From Octopus vulgaris (lineage: Eukaryota), in the NCBI GenBank assembly GCA_951406725.2, contig OX597825.1:45198001-45262000 (forward strand): DNA of 64,000 nt, given 5' to 3'. The notes under the pieces were generated by a model, which saw only the letters and a list, made by a program, of their open reading frames with translations, did no database searches and had not been told where the DNA came from. Shown here piece after piece: positions 37,285 through 51,800 of the stretch (position 1 is the first letter of the stretch; the number at the start of each line of letters is the position of its first letter). The translations under genes and the position numbers were made by a program.

Positions 37285-37712
37285 TGGCATGACTGTGTGG
37301 TAAGAAGCTTGCTTCCCAGCTTTGTGGTTTCATGTTCAATTCACTTTGGAGACCAAGGGGTGACCAAAGCCTTGTGAATGAATCTGGAAGACGGAAGCTG
37401 AAAGAAGCCTGTCGTGTGTGTGTGTGCATGCAAGTATATGTGTGTGAATATGTGTGGAGGGAGGCTGAATGTTACTGTCTCCTTGCCTTGACATAATGTG
37501 ATAGTTGTAAGCAAGTGCAGTAAATGTCACAGTCATGCAACCGGTGTCCTTTACTTTCAATTTTCCATATCTGATCATGGGAGAATATCATCTCACTTGG
37601 AAATAAGTGAGAGTTAGTGACAGGAAGGGCACCTGGCCATAGAAAATCTGCTTCAACAAATTTCATTCAACCCATGTAATTATGGAAAAGTGAACATTAA
37701 ACCAATGATGAT
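37285..37712 (+). mobile_element. tRNA-derived SINE
   Basis: tgactgtgtggtaagaagcttgcttccc head; tail gacaggaagggcacctggcc...(GAT)n. Confidence 0.7.
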
Positions 37713-37798
37713 GATATACATGCACTGACATGCCTATGATGAGGTTCAGGCAGATCTGTGTGGTTAAGAAGTTTGCCTCTCAATCACGATTTCAGTTC

Positions 37799-37844
<46 letters not shown>

Positions 37845-39539
37845 GCACGCGCACACACACACACATATGTATGTAAGTTTGTATGTATGTATATATACAT
37901 ACAGGAAATGAAGATGAAAATGCATAGAGAATATTTTAAAATTAAATAGAATTTAATTAAATTTTAAAACATAGGAATACACTTGGCCAGTTTCACATTA
38001 GATTTTTGAAAGTATATACTATATGGAGATAGGTCAGAAATTATGTCTTTTCTGGTTGTTGTTATATAAAAGTGTTATAGATAATTATCGTTTATTATTC
38101 TGTCAAAGAATGTTACCAATTCATGCTAGTTCACTCCCACTGAATATGTTAAAACATAATCCCTTCTTTGTTAAGATAATGAGGTGTGGAGCAAAGAAGA
38201 TAGATGATAGCGGCTACATGATTTTTGGTTTTCTTAAGAATGATTACAAGTAGACATCATCATCATCATCATTACTAATGTTTTTATAGCCAGTTCAGCC
38301 ATGGCTTGTATTTTTGAATAAACAAATAAACAAAGTCTGTATATTGATAAAGTGAGAAGACAAGAAATTTGGGAGATTTGGTTTTTGAGCATGAGTCCAT
38401 ATGTTCACTAAGTAGGATTTGTCTTGTCCAGGATCTCATATTTGTTGATGATGAATTGTTAATTTCATTCTTAAAATAAGTTGAGTTTATCTATCATCAT
38501 CATTATTTAACATTCACCTTCCATGCTGGCATGAGCTGCATGGTTTAACAAGATCCAACATTTCCAAGGGGTACATAATTTTAGTGTTTACTTTGACATG
38601 ACTTCTACAGCTGGATACCCTTCCTAATGCCAAACACTGCACCATGTACTGAGTGCTTTTTTGTGGCACAAGCACTAGTGATGTCACTATGCAACTTGCA
38701 AGACTAAAATCCCTTTTGACTGAGTGAATCTACAATAGAGAAGGTTACAATAGAGACAAGGGGGTTAAAAATGTAAATGAAGGGGAAAGACTAGAACAAG
38801 TTTCATTCAGTAGAGGAGCTACATGGTTATTCACATTAGAAAAGAGAGGATGGGGTAGAGCTGGAAAGAACTAAAGATAGTGGTGATTGCATGTCAGGAT
38901 GAACCATCAAGGCATGAAGTGAGTAGAAGTGAGTGAGGAAAGGAGACTAGTGAGTGTAAGTGGATAGAGATTTCAAGTGTATATGGAAAAGAGATGGTTA
39001 GAGACAAGAAAATAGGGAATGGGTGAATATAATGAAGGAAGAATAAGCGTTGAGAAATGACAATCAGTTAAGAGTAGGTGACAACTGTATGTACAAGGTA
39101 AGGTTGAGGGTGGATGTAGAGAATGGTGGATAAGAGATGGAGATGGACAATGAGGATATGCAGCTGGATAGGTTATAAGAATTCTAGGGGAAGAGGCAGC
39201 ATAGTGAATGGAGAAAGTGAGAGACATGGTGGAGGAAAGATAATTTAGGAGGTAAATTAATGTAAAATGTATATGGAGAGGAAGAATTCAGAATAAAGAG
39301 TAGATATCAAATGAAATGGTTATGAATAATAAGTGAGCTAAGTAGTATTAGGGAAAAACTGGTGAAGTAAACAGTTCAGCCTACATATTATTACAGTAGC
39401 AGGAGACTGCAGTTAGAAAGATGATAGGTGGTATAGATGGCTTCAAAAGGAAGTTGAGTGAAAAGAAGGACAGTTGTGCATGCATGCACGTGCACACAGA
39501 CACACACACACACACACATACACATATACATTGTGCTTC

Positions 39540-40870
39540 CAGAATCAGTTTCATTGAGATAGGCAGTCATCCCAGTACATGAAGTTTAAGATCAGCCCTC
39601 ACAACTTCGACTTATATTTTCCAGGATCTTCCTCTTCCAAAGATCCATCCACATCACATGATAGTCACTTCTTTATACAGATGCCTTCATCTAAATCTGA
39701 CATGTCCCATATCAGTAGTCTTCATTTTTGCACACTAGATCTGATTCTGCTCATGCCTAAGTACATTGCATGTCCAACAGAGCATGCTAGCTTCTTTTTT
39801 TCTAGTATTCTCAAGTTCTCTGCATTCAAGACCTATGTCTCACTACCATGCAGCATTGCAGTTTTAACACAAGCATCATACAATCTGCCCTTAATACTGA
39901 AGGAAAAGACCTTTGTTTCCAGCAGCAGTAGAACCTTATTGCAGTTTTTCCAACTCATTTTACCCCTGGTCACTATATGTTTGGAGCAACCACCCCCACT
40001 GCTAATTACACTCCTCAAGTAACAAAGGCTATCAATTACTTCTAGTGAACCATCTGAGAAATTACGAGAATTCATTTCTCATGTGCTCATAGTACATATT
40101 GCTCTATTGCATCGGCCGCATATGGAGTTTACTTTCTCTGTTAATCTGCCTATGATTTCCTACACCACTTGCGTGTCCATAACTTACACTGAGTACAGCA
40201 TATGCAGTTTATATTCACTCCCATTATGCATGTAAAGCAAAGCTACTTCCCAGGGTCCAGTCTTCTTTTCTATTCACAAAAATAAGTCTTTACTAAGTTT
40301 ATCTTGTTGCCTCTGGATTCCACATCTAGTTTCCACGTTTGAAAATTCCTCTCTGATTCCTCTATAGATTCAGCTATGGAAACTTGGTCTTCAGTCTTCA
40401 GTATATAGGAGTTTTCATAGACTGCCAATCTTAAACTCCTCAGTGATGGCCTGCAGACAATGATGATAGAAGAGAACTGAGGATTGAGCCTTGTTGGACT
40501 CCTATCTTAAACTAAATTCATCACTGAAATTATTGTTGACACACTGTGTCTTTATACATGGTTTGCAAAGCCTTCGCACCTGTTTGCCTTTGTGACCACC
40601 AAATTACTGAATGTGGCACCCTATCAAAAACCTTCTCCAAGTTAGCAAATACCAGGAATAGTGGTTTACACTTAGCCATGCATTTTTTGTGCAGTTACCA
40701 GAAAGAGGAAATTGTATTCACAGTGCTTCTTTTGGGCATGAAACCAAATTGCATCTCATTTAAGTCTACTCTGTCATGAGTCAATTATGTTATGACTCTT
40801 TCTGTGACTTTCATAGTAACTGATTTCTTCTCTCTAAATCATCTCTTTTATCTTGGTAACAGTTTATGAT
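39540..40870 (-). mobile_element. Decayed RTE LINE
   Basis: Minus-strand LYDACVKTAMLHGSET, QFGFMP and VQQGSILS remnants; same family as 14490-15730. Confidence 0.8.
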
Positions 40871-41346
40871 GATACTTAGCTTGATTAACCATCCAGATGG
40901 TAATCAAGTATCCTACGTCTCTAGATGTTTTGAGCATCTCCACAATACAGGGACACACAGCATTCCCTCTGTTTATGTACTTAACCACCTTATCTATCAT
41001 ATTAATTGCTGGCAGGGACACCATATTTCATTTTGTAACTATAATATACTACCAAGTATAGTGTGATACAATTACTTTTAAATTATCTCTACAGATTTTC
41101 TATAGAATTTGGAACAAGCAATAAATATAATAAAAACCCTCATATGGCTAGAAATAAAACTAATGAAAGTACAGTTATTTGGAAAAATGTAATGGAAAAA
41201 ACTAACAAATGAAAGAGCAGATTTTGGAATGAAGGGGAAGTCACTAAGTCACAGAAAAGGTTGTGAACAGTAAAAAAAGAACTTTGATTAACAAACTACC
41301 AATTGACTGTTTAACCAGCACATTAAACAAATGATAGATTAGTTTG

Positions 41347-44300
41347 TATGGTGTTTATGGTGTTATGGGCTGTGATGAGCTATTTGGTGTTGGTGGAGAG
41401 GATTGCAGATGAGGTAGACAGAAGTGAAGACTGCAGGTGCCGGTGGAACAGCCATGGGGCACGTGTGGGCAGGGAGCACATGCGGACAGTTCGAGCAGAG
41501 ACGGCAGCGTGTAAGGACATGTTTATTTCTTGACAGTGATTGCTCATCCTGCCTGGGTCAACAGCTAAGGTCTTTGTATTTCTTTCTCCTGTTAGCTTCT
41601 TTTCCTGTTGTCTTCTTCCTCCATCACACTACAAGCTATTTCGGCCCATAAAAAAAAAACAAAAAAAACTGATGAGTGCAGTCCGTATTTTGAACAATAT
41701 GATCAAACCATTTTGCAGTGACACGGATGTAGTCACTTAGTTGAAGGAGATGAAGTTGGTGGCGAAGCTCCACGATATAAACGACTTAACGAGTTTTATG
41801 CCGCTGTACCTAGATGGTTCGGCGTTGGCACTGTACCTAGAAATGGAAGAGAGTGCCCAAATTAGCATGGAAAAAATAGGAACCCATTTGATGGAGGACT
41901 TTACAGAGAGAGTGTTCAAAGTGTATGCTCGCCTGGGGAAAGCAAAATGGACTGACGAACAGGTCGACGTATTTGCGAATGAACTCAGAAGATTGACTAA
42001 ACTGGCAGGATATGAGGGAGAATCACTGGACCAAACGGTTAAGTTAGCGTTTGTGAAACACTTTCCTGACCACATGTCGGTTCAGTTGCAAAAGCTGCCG
42101 AACATTAATTCTATGGTGATGGCAGACATTGTATCTTGGGCTCGTGTGCTAGTTTCATATTGCAAGACCGCCGGTAACAGCAACTGCAACAATGAAAAGT
42201 GGCTGAGCAAGGAGTAGCGGAGAGGAGTCAAACAAGGAACGTGTGCGACCATTCAAAGGATAGTGTTTCCGGTGTCAGGGCCCGCACATGGTACGAGACT
42301 GCAAGTCACCCAAGCCTGAGGTCATTTGCTACCGGTGTTGAGAAACAGGACATATAGCCAGCGAATGTCTGTGGGGAAACTGCGCTGGTAGTTGTCCCTT
42401 CGAATCAATAGAAGTGCATTTATCATCAAGAGACGAGCCGAAGGAGCAAAGTAGAATGATAGAGTGGAGGAGAAGACGACCGACATGATACAGGAAGTCT
42501 TGGTCAGAGTGAGAGCAGAGGATCCGGTGAGGGGCAGTTGGTATGTTCCCAAAGCAAAGAGCAGGATTGTATGGTGTAATGCCAGGAGCATCGCAATAAG
42601 GGTTGTCTTGGAAGTGGGAGGCATCGTGGTGAAAGATGCAGCCTGGCTCAGGAAGACGGATGACTGCAATTTATATCAATGTGGCGGAGTTGGATGTCGT
42701 GTTGAAAGGAAGGAACCTAGCCTTGAAGTGGGGGGGGGCTGCGCACCATAGAAATCAGGACCGATTCAACCACTGTACTTGGTTGGGTAACAGCAGTCAT
42801 CACCAATCAGTGGAGGGTGCGAACCAAAGGGGCCGCAGAGATGTTGGTAAAGTGTCGATTGGGGATACTACGTGAACTAACCGCTGAGTTTGATCTGAGG
42901 CTGAGTGTGATCTTTGTGCCTTCTGAGAAGAACAGGGCAGACATCCTGACCAGGGTAAAGCGAGCCTGGTTGCAGGTGCCAGAGGATGCGGAGAAGGCTG
43001 TGGCTGCAGTATGCCGTCTGAGTGACTCAGAGTTGAGGAGATTGCATACCATGCATCACATGGGGGTGGACAGGATGTTGTTCCTAGCCAGGAAAGTCGA
43101 CTCCGATGTAACAAGACAGAGCATGCAGAGAGTGATTAGCAGCTGTGACAGGTGCCAGTCCATCGACCCTGCTCCAGGTATACATGAGGCGGGAAGTATT
43201 CCAGTAGACCACGACTGGAAACGACTGGCAGTGGACATTACACACTACCAGCAGGGGACATACCTCTCAATGGTTGACTGTGGACCGGGGCGGTTGGCCA
43301 TATGGAGTGAGATGAAGATGGGGACCACAGAGGAACTCGTGAAAGTACTAAATGAATTATTCCTGGAACGAGGCTCCATGGATGAGCTGCTTCTGGATAA
43401 TGGCACTGCATTTCACTCGGAGGTGCTGAAAGAAATGCTTGATGGGTGACAGGTCAACCGCTTCTTCAGGGCAGCATACCAGCCAAGTGGAAATGGGGTA
43501 GTAGAAAGGCATCATCGTACCATCAAGACCATGGCAGAGAGGGGCCACATTTCACCAATCACGGCTGTATTTTGGTACAATATGTCACCCAGGTCAGGAC
43601 AGGCTGGGGAGTTGGTTCCACACAGGGCAATATTCAGGTACGAGTGGAGGCATCCATGTACTGCATCAATGCGACCCGGTGCAAAGGAAGAGCATACCTT
43701 CGTGCAGGTTGGGGAAGAAGTTTGGGTAAAAACCCCAAATGCACGGTGTACATCACGGTGGGAAAAGAGAACAATAATCTCCATCAATTCAAAGAACAAT
43801 GTCTGTGTCGATGGTATGCCACGCCATGTTTTGGATGTGCAGAAGATTGTCAATGCCTTAGAGGATGGAACCAGCAGCAGTGGGCAAGAAGATGAAGACA
43901 GCAACAGTAGGCAAGAAGATGAAGACAGCATCAGTAGGCAAGATGATGAAGCCAGCAGCAGTATGCCAGGAACGCAGGCCAGTCCCGGGGTTGCACAGCG
44001 ACCACAGAGGGAGTGGCACCCTCCTCCCTGATTAGCTGATTATGAAACCAGTTAAGGTGTGAGTTCGAGAGCGAAGAGTGAGTGGGAAAGCCAGTTGAAT
44101 GATCTGTAGATCAGAGGGGCATGTGGTGTTTGTGGTGTTATGGGCTGTGATGATCTACGTGGTGTTGGTGGAGAGGATTGCAGATGAGGTAGACAGAAGT
44201 GAAGACTTCTGTCTACTGGGGCCGGTGGAACAGCCACGGGGCATGTGTGGGCAGGAAGCATGTGCAGGCAGTTCGAGTAGAGACAGCAGCATGTAAGGAC

Positions 44301-44416
44301 ATGTTTATTTCTTGACAGTGATCGCTTATCCCACCTAGGTCAACAGGTAAGGCCTTTTGTATTTCTTTCTCCCATTTGCTTCTTTTTCTGTTGTCTTTTT
44401 CCTCCATCACACTACA
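41347..44416 (+). mobile_element. Internally deleted Ty3/Gypsy LTR retrotransposon with both LTRs
   Basis: LTRs 41347-41633 and 44122-44416; 5 bp TSD GTTTG; PPT agagggg before the 3' LTR; gag with two knuckles (CFRCQGPHMVRDC and a stop-interrupted second); RNase H (WCNARS, INVAEL, NRAD.LTR); integrase (H...HMG, CDRC, VDITH, DNGTAF, GNGVVERHH). No protease or RT seen. Confidence 0.92.
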
Positions 44417-44604
44417 GTTTGTTGATTAGATATTTAACCAGTTGACTATCAATAAAGAAGTGGAATTGAACCAGTGTGTATGTTTTTATTATTGGCATAA
44501 TGACTCTCCCAAGACACAGCAAAATGAAAATAGCCAATCTAAAAGTATTGAGAGTGATTACAGAGCCAAACATACAAATAAAACCTATAATAAAATTAAA
44601 CACA

Positions 44605-45000
44605 GGCATGGTGGTGTGGTTAAGAAGCTCACTTCACAACTACATAATCACATGATTTCGGATTCAGTTCACTGTACGCCACCTCAGTCAAGTTTCTTCT
44701 ACTATAGCACCAGGCTGACCAATGCCTTGTGGGTGAATCTGAATGACAGAAATTGCATGGAAGCCCATCATGTATAGGTGTGTGTGTATCTTTGTGTTAG
44801 TTTTCCCTGCCTCCATCACTTAACAACCAGTGTTGTTTTGTTTACATCCCCACAACTTAATAGTTCACCAAAAGGGACAGATAGAATAAGTACCAAGCTA
44901 AAAAAAATCTACTGGAGTTGATTTGTTTGCCTAAACCCTTCAAAACAGTGCTTCAGCATAGCCACTGTTCAATGACCGAAACAAGTTAAAGATAAAAGAT
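44605..45000 (+). mobile_element. tRNA-derived SINE
   Basis: Same head, core and tail as 33275-33655. Confidence 0.75.
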
Positions 45001-45533
45001 ATACAAAACTTAAGAATAAAAATGAAACAAATGGACACTGCACAAGCTAAAAACTAACCAAAAAGGTAGGATAGAAAATAATATAATTCATTCTGACATT
45101 TCTGAAACTGAATACTCAAACTACACATGTTCAAGAAAACTTATAAAGGGTAATTATGACATACCTCCATTGAACATTACTACCACTTACAAAATAGATA
45201 GCCATATTGAACTAAGAAAAAGAAAAGCAACATTATTTAATGTGCCTTCCATGTAAACTGCAGGACAAATATACCTAAAGTTTTCTTTAATATATTAAGT
45301 ATAAACTTATTTTCAAACCATAAATATAACTGCAATTTAAATAAGTATACAGTTAAATTCTTTTACTCTATAATACTAAATCTTGCAGTTATAAATATGC
45401 TCTAAGGTTTGTAAAATGAACAAGTATACTAAAAATGACACATATGCAAAACAGACAGCCAAACAGACAAACAAACAGATTGACAAACAATCAGATAGAT
45501 GGTCAAATAGATAAATAGAAACATACATAAATA

Positions 45534-46819
45534 TGAAGGCATACCCAAAAGTAACCAGAAATATTTTCTGTGGGACAAGCCCATTGTAGTTCAGGCTTCC
45601 ACCATTAGAAGCCCCTTGATGCAACCCTCAGAGACCAGTCTGCCAAATGGTGGCATCAATTGAAGTCATACTGTCACATGGTTCATCTTTGTTTTGCATT
45701 GCTTTTCCTCTGTTCATTGATTTTTGTGATGGGTGAAATGAAGGGACAGCGTGCTTCCATGAAATTCTGCTTTCTGCTGGGGAAAACAGCAGTCAAAATT
45801 GTTGTCATACTTCAAACAGCTTACAAGGATGCTGCCATGAGCAAAACAAAAGTTTACAAGTGGTTTTCACACTTTAGGAATGGTCACTTATTGTTTGAAG
45901 ACTAACCTCATTCAGGACGACCGTCGACCTCCTGCACAAATGGAAACATCATGAAAACTCATGAACGGATGTTGGAGGACTGTCACCAAACAACTGATGA
46001 ACTTGTTGATATGACTGGTGTGTTATGGGGCTCCTGACAACGAATTTGGAGCAAGGAGTTGCAGCAAAATTTGTGCTTCACTTGCTCATGGAAAATCAAA
46101 AACAGTCATGACTGAATGCATGTTGTAAACTGAAAAAACAGCTGAAAGTTGATCCAGACCTTTTTTCAAAGGTCATCATTGGTGACAAAAGCTGGTGCTA
46201 AGGCTACAACCCAGAAACAAAGCAGCAACCAAATCAATGGAAACATTCAATGTCACCACACTCCCAAAAAGTGCATCATGTGAAGTCCAATGTCAAGCTG
46301 ATGCTGATTTGTTTCATCGATGCAAAAGGAATTGTCCACACAGTATTTGTTCCTCCAGGTCAAACTGTTAACCAGACACTTGCAGTTCTGAAGCATTTGT
46401 AAGACATGGTGAGATGAAAACGCCCAACCTGTGACAAAGTGGAGAGTGATGGTTTCATCATGACAATGCACCTTTGCACAACGCCTTGACTGTGAGATAG
46501 GTTTTGACCAAAAATGGCATGACCCCATTTACCCACCCTCCCTATTCACCCAATCTTGCTCCCTGCAACTTTGTTTTGTTCCTCCAAATGAAAAAAGTCC
46601 TTAAAGGAAAACGTTTTGCAAATGTGGAAGAGATGAAGAGAAAAAATGACAGCAGTATTAAAAAGCATCACTTTGCAAGAGTTCTAGGACTGCTTTGAAC
46701 AGTGGAAAATGTGTCTGGACCAATGCATTGCTTCAAATGGAGAATACTTTGAAGGCAATAAAAGTGTAAACATGTAAAACTAAGTGAATAAAATTCCAGT
46801 TTCTTTTGGGTAACCCTTA
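45534..46819 (+). mobile_element. Full-length decayed mariner element (~1.29 kb)
   Basis: TIRs tgaaggcatacccaaaagtaaccagaa / ttccagtttcttttgggtaaccctta with TA flanks. QRASMKFC, VYKWFSHF, IIGDKSW, HHDNAP and HPPYSPNLAPCNF motifs, with stops. Confidence 0.92.
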
Positions 46820-47859
46820 TACATATGTCTTTATCCCTTTTTCCTCACCCTGCATGCCATCATTGTCATCATAATCATTTAATATTCACTTTCCATGCTG
46901 GCATAGGTAGGCTGCTTTGACAAGGAAGCAGAAGCTGCAGGATAGCATTGAGCTCCAATTTCATTTGGCATGGTTTCTCTAGCTCTATGCCTTTCATAGT
47001 ACCATCCATTTAATAGAGTGTACCTGAGGCTTTTTTTGTACCACCAACACAACTTTACAGAATTATTGGGTGCTTTTTTCATGCCACTGGCACAAGTGAG
47101 GTTGCCTTGTAATTTGCAAGACAGAAAAAGATAAGGAAAAGCTTTTACTACTAATAAGTATTTGGGAAAGAAAGGTGGAGAAATACAACATGTGTCAAAA
47201 GGTTAAAGTATGATAGTGTCTTGCAATAGAGGAGATATATGGGCAAAGGAGATAAGAGTAAGTTAATGATGGGTGCTAAAACAAACTCTTAAGGAACAAG
47301 GTGGGCACAAGAATGGACGAGGATAGTAGATCATTGGAGGGGATGAGAGAGTGGATGTTGTAGAATGATGTGTAAGGTGTATGAGCTGAAGAGAAGAGAT
47401 AACAGTACATAAGGGGCTATAGTGGGTGGGTAATGATGGTAGATATGAGAAGGTATTGAGAATGATAGCAGATAAGAGGTGTTTAGAATAGAGTGTAGCA
47501 GAAGGGGTAAAGGGTACTAGTTGAAGGCACAGAAAGGGGATAATTGGTTGGAATAGTGTGGATAGGCATGATGAGTAATGAGAGTAGTTCAGTGAGGAGA
47601 CCGTTTGGGAGGGTATATGATAATTTTTTTTTTCTTGAATGTGAATAGAGTGACCATGCAGTACCATAGATTGACAGGAGGAATACCTGACATGTCAGGG
47701 AGAGAAGAGTTTTTTGTCTATTAGAATCTTAGTCTTTGCTATGGTAATACTATTATTTTGCTTGGAAACAAATGAAAAATGGTAAATAGGAAAGACCACA
47801 GAGCCTTAAAGAATTCCATCAAAAACAGTGTTGTTATTGTTGTTGGTGGTGGTGGTGAC

Positions 47860-48085
47860 AACTGCAGAGAAGGAGGCGGGGGGAAGGGGATGGGGAGATG
47901 TGGAGGAGGAGGAGATTGGGAGGGGATTGGGAGGAGGAGGAGGAGGAGGAGGAGGGAGAAATATGGAGGAGGAGGAGGAGGAGGGGGAAGGAAGATGAGG
48001 AGGAGGAGGGGGAAGGAAGATGAGGAGGAGGGGGAGGGGGAGGGGGAGGGGAGGAGGAGGGGGAGGGGAGGAGGAGGAGGAGGAT
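47860..48085 (+). repeat. (GGA)n / G-rich polypurine tract
   Basis: ~220 bp of almost pure G/A with many GGA and GGGGA units. Confidence 0.9.
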
Positions 48086-48760
48086 ATTCCCTGAAATCCA
48101 TGAAACTACATTTTGATCCTTCTGCTTGTAGGTCTGGTCAAATGCAACAAAGATCTTAATCAATGTGGTCAAAAGCACTTAAAAACAGCTAAAATCATGT
48201 AAAGTATACTTTATAATTTTATGCAGAATAAGCTGCTTTGTGCATTAAGAATTAATTTTCCAAAAACTAAGTAAACATAAATTGAATTTTCTGATTGGTG
48301 ACATACTTGCTCGTAGTAACAATATGTATAATCTTTCTCTGGTAATTTATGCCATTTCAAAAGAGTTGTTCATGTGGGACAGAAAGTGGTTGTATTGATC
48401 CCCTTTTTTTGTCCAAGGAGAGGTTAAGACAATTGTTTATATTCACATGTATGTTTGATTGCACATGATAGCGACAGCTTAACCTCTTAGCATTCAAACC
48501 AGCTATATCAGGTCCAAATATTCTACTCGTTTTATGCTCAAACTGACTAGATCAGGCTCTCACACCTATCCTATAATGTCATTCTAAAATTAAATAATCA
48601 CATCAAAACCTAAAAAACTATGAGATAATGTATGATTAATTCAAAACTATGAATACATAAGCATTACATTTGACAGAGTAATCTGAATGTTAAAGTGTTA
48701 AGCCATCCATATATCCATTATGCAAAACATGCTACTGAGCTCATCAATTATATATATAGA

Positions 48761-49266
48761 CTAGCAGTATCGCCCGGCGTTGCTCGGGTTTGTAAGGGAA
48801 ATAACTATATAAGCATTTTTAGAGAGTTACTTCCCTTATAAATTCGGGCTTTCTTAGCCATTTTTGTTTTGGTGTCTTCAAGCCATGAAGTCGTTGTTCT
48901 AAAAGAACGCTGGTTTCCTTCACAACGCATTACGACGTTGATTTCTTTACACTCCCTTCCCCACAGCTTCACGAGGGAGGGAAGGGGGAGAAGCAAACAG
49001 GTGCAGCTGTGAGCGTGGACGCCAACTCCGCCGCCATCGACATACGATGCATTTTATGCATTAAAATGGAATAAAAAATGATGTTAAATTATTTTTAAAA
49101 TCGTAGACTCATCGTTGACGCGCACTAATAGTCAGACGGGCTCAATATGAATCACGCCTATAAGATACCCGAATTTGGTTAAACTGCACCGCAAAATGTG
49201 GGAGGAGTTAGGAATCTAAATCGAAGGGGACAGACACTCACACAACTAGAGTTTTATATATATAGA
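48761..49266 (-). mobile_element. Short non-autonomous Helitron (506 bp)
   Basis: Minus strand A|TCTATATATATAAAA ... CCCGAGCAACGCCGGG hairpin ... CTAG|T. Confidence 0.85.
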
Positions 49267-49659
49267 TATATGTGCACACATAACACACACACATCTTCAT
49301 CACTATCACTGCTTTAACAATGCTTGCATGTGTCAGGGAGAATCTGTTGGTTGGCTTCCTTTTCTGCTGCTAACCCCCACCTGTTTTCAAGTAAGTTAAT
49401 ATTTTCTCGTGGTTGAACATATTTTCATGGAAGGTTAGAAATGAATGGCACTGCTTGTACAATGGAGATACTAATTTACAACTGTCATGTGATATCAAAA
49501 CAAGGAGACAGAAATACACACACACACACACACACATATATACACATACATATCAATTAATAACAAAAGAACAGGAATTATGCAATTACTTTCATTAACT
49601 TAGAAATGTTTCTGCTATAACTTAGAAATGTTTCTGCAAACTTAGTGTACACATTTTTA

Positions 49660-51205
49660 ATTTACCCATCCCAAAATGACAAAATCCGTAGTACTGACCA
49701 AAAACAAAAGGAAAGTAGTTGATTACATCTACGATTTTCATTCAAAAAATACAAAATTAAGAAAAGAATACTGGATATGTGAGAAAAGAAGGCTGTGTTC
49801 AGTACAAATTCACATGGTAACAGAAAACAATGAGCCAAAAGTAGTTTATTTTTCTTGTGAGCACCGTCATCCTGCTGATGTAGATTCATTAAATGGTAGA
49901 AAAGCAGTCACAGAAATAAAGCATGAAGTGGTGGAAAACATAGCAGCAAGTCCGTGTAGCATAATGGCAGCTAAGTTTACACAGCTAACAGAAAATATTT
50001 GCTCTCAACTTCCTCCTTTGCTTGTACTTTCCAGAATTATTCAAAGGTGCCAACAAAAAAATTCTGAATTTCCTGCCAACCTAGGGGCTAGAACTGATTT
50101 TGAAATACCTGAAGAATATTGTAAACTTGATAATGGCAAACAGTTTCTGAGTTAAGAATTGGATATAAAGGATCAACAGTGCATTCTAGTATTTCTATCA
50201 GAAAGTGCTCTTCAGGATATAGCATCATATCACCATTGGGCATGTGATGGAACGTTCAAAACTGTGCTAGCGCAGTGGTTTCAACTGTTTAGCATTCATG
50301 TACAAGTTAAAGGTAGCAGTTTTCCACGAGTCTTTGCATTACTGTCGAATAAAACAAAGCAGACATACAAATTATTTTTCGCACTTGATCTCATGGCAGA
50401 TTTCGAAGTTGCAGTTCATAAGGCATTTAATTCATCATTCCCTAATTCATATATAGTTTGTTTCATTTGAGCCAATCAGTATTTTGAAAGATAACAGATT
50501 TAGGCCTCAAAGAAAAATACAATAAAAACTCTGAATTCTATCTTAAAATTCAATGTTTTTCAGCATTAGCCTTCCTACCATTGAAGATGTCAAAGAGGTC
50601 TATATGAAGAATTAATAGACGATGAAGAAATACCTGCTGAATTCATCACTTACTTTGACTTGACTTACATAGGCATTGTGAGAGGAAATGGTGCTAAATG
50701 AAGGAGAGAACTATTTTATTCTGTGATAAAGCATTCAGCAGGTGGAGCACATTTGAATATTTGGAAATTAATCAAAATTCTGAAGAAAGAGGAAAGGTTT
50801 GTTCAAGGTAAAATGACTCAAATTCTTCGAGAGGATCTGTCAAATTCATGTACACAATATCAAAGAATAACTGAATGCTCAAAAGATTGTTCACTGTCAA
50901 CAAGAAAAAATGATTTTTTGAAGAGTGTGGTGTATAATTTGCATCAATTTTAAGTGATCATAATAAATCATTAATTTTATCTTCTTACTTTTTTAAAATG
51001 ACTTTTTTAAATACATTTTCCACAGTATTTTACTTGAATCCTATCAATAAAATTCTCAATGATTATTTGATTTTTATGTTCACCTTCTTTTTTAAAGAGT
51101 TTATTTAAAATTGGACAAAAAATCATTGGACAAAAAGACGTTGGATGAAAAGACATGAACAAAGTGACATGGGACAAAATGACATCAAATGAAAAGTCAG
51201 GTCAC
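49660..51205 (+). mobile_element. Decayed Mutator-like (FLYWCH + MULE) transposon
   Basis: YWICEKRRLC...EHRHP (FLYWCH-like); WACDGTFKTV...QLFSIH; MADFE. Array of ~15 bp ggacaaaaagac-like subterminal repeats at 51110-51205. Confidence 0.85.
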
Positions 51206-51329
51206 TCTGTATTCTGGCATCACCAGTTGAGTTGTGACTTGTTGTATTTTACTCTGATCAGACTGCCAGCTGACTTGCAGATTAATTAAACTACTCTCAT
51301 TACAAATGTACTGCAGGGAACGTGGCAGT

Positions 51330-51800
51330 AAAACCATCGCACAAGTTGTTTGGTTTCTCCCTAATTCATGCAAGTTTAGGTGGTTGACTAATTCAGCTCT
51401 TAAGAAAGGAAAATGTCTACACACATTACACTTCAATTCTAGTTGGGTTTTGCAGACACTGTACTTGAATCTTGCTTACAGTGTGAGTGCTTCAAAGCTT
51501 TTTTGAAAGACATCACATTTATTCTTAACAATCTTTCTCTATAATGCATGGTTTCCAGCCGAAGTCTTCCAGTTATCCACAGCTATCTCCAAAGCTGTAT
51601 GATTGCTTTTTATAACATCCTTAAATCGCTTCCTTAATTTATGCTGTGGCCTTTTCCTTTTGGTCAGCTTCTCATAAAACGATCTATTCAGGTATCTTTA
51701 CATCATCTATTCTGACAACATGATCAGCCCGATGCATCTGGTTCAAAATTTTCCTTTTCTCAATATTGGCACTACCCACTAGGTCAGCTTATTAGATCTT
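51330..51800 (-). mobile_element. RTE/BovB-like LINE 3' fragment with terminal C2H2-like motif
   Basis: Minus strand ADHVVRIDD, KRPQHKLRKRFKDVIK, then CNVC...LVNHLNLH. Confidence 0.7.

Noticed and set aside
47739-48178. Pro/Gly/Arg-rich ORFs
   Set aside because: Translations of the (GGA)n low-complexity tract.
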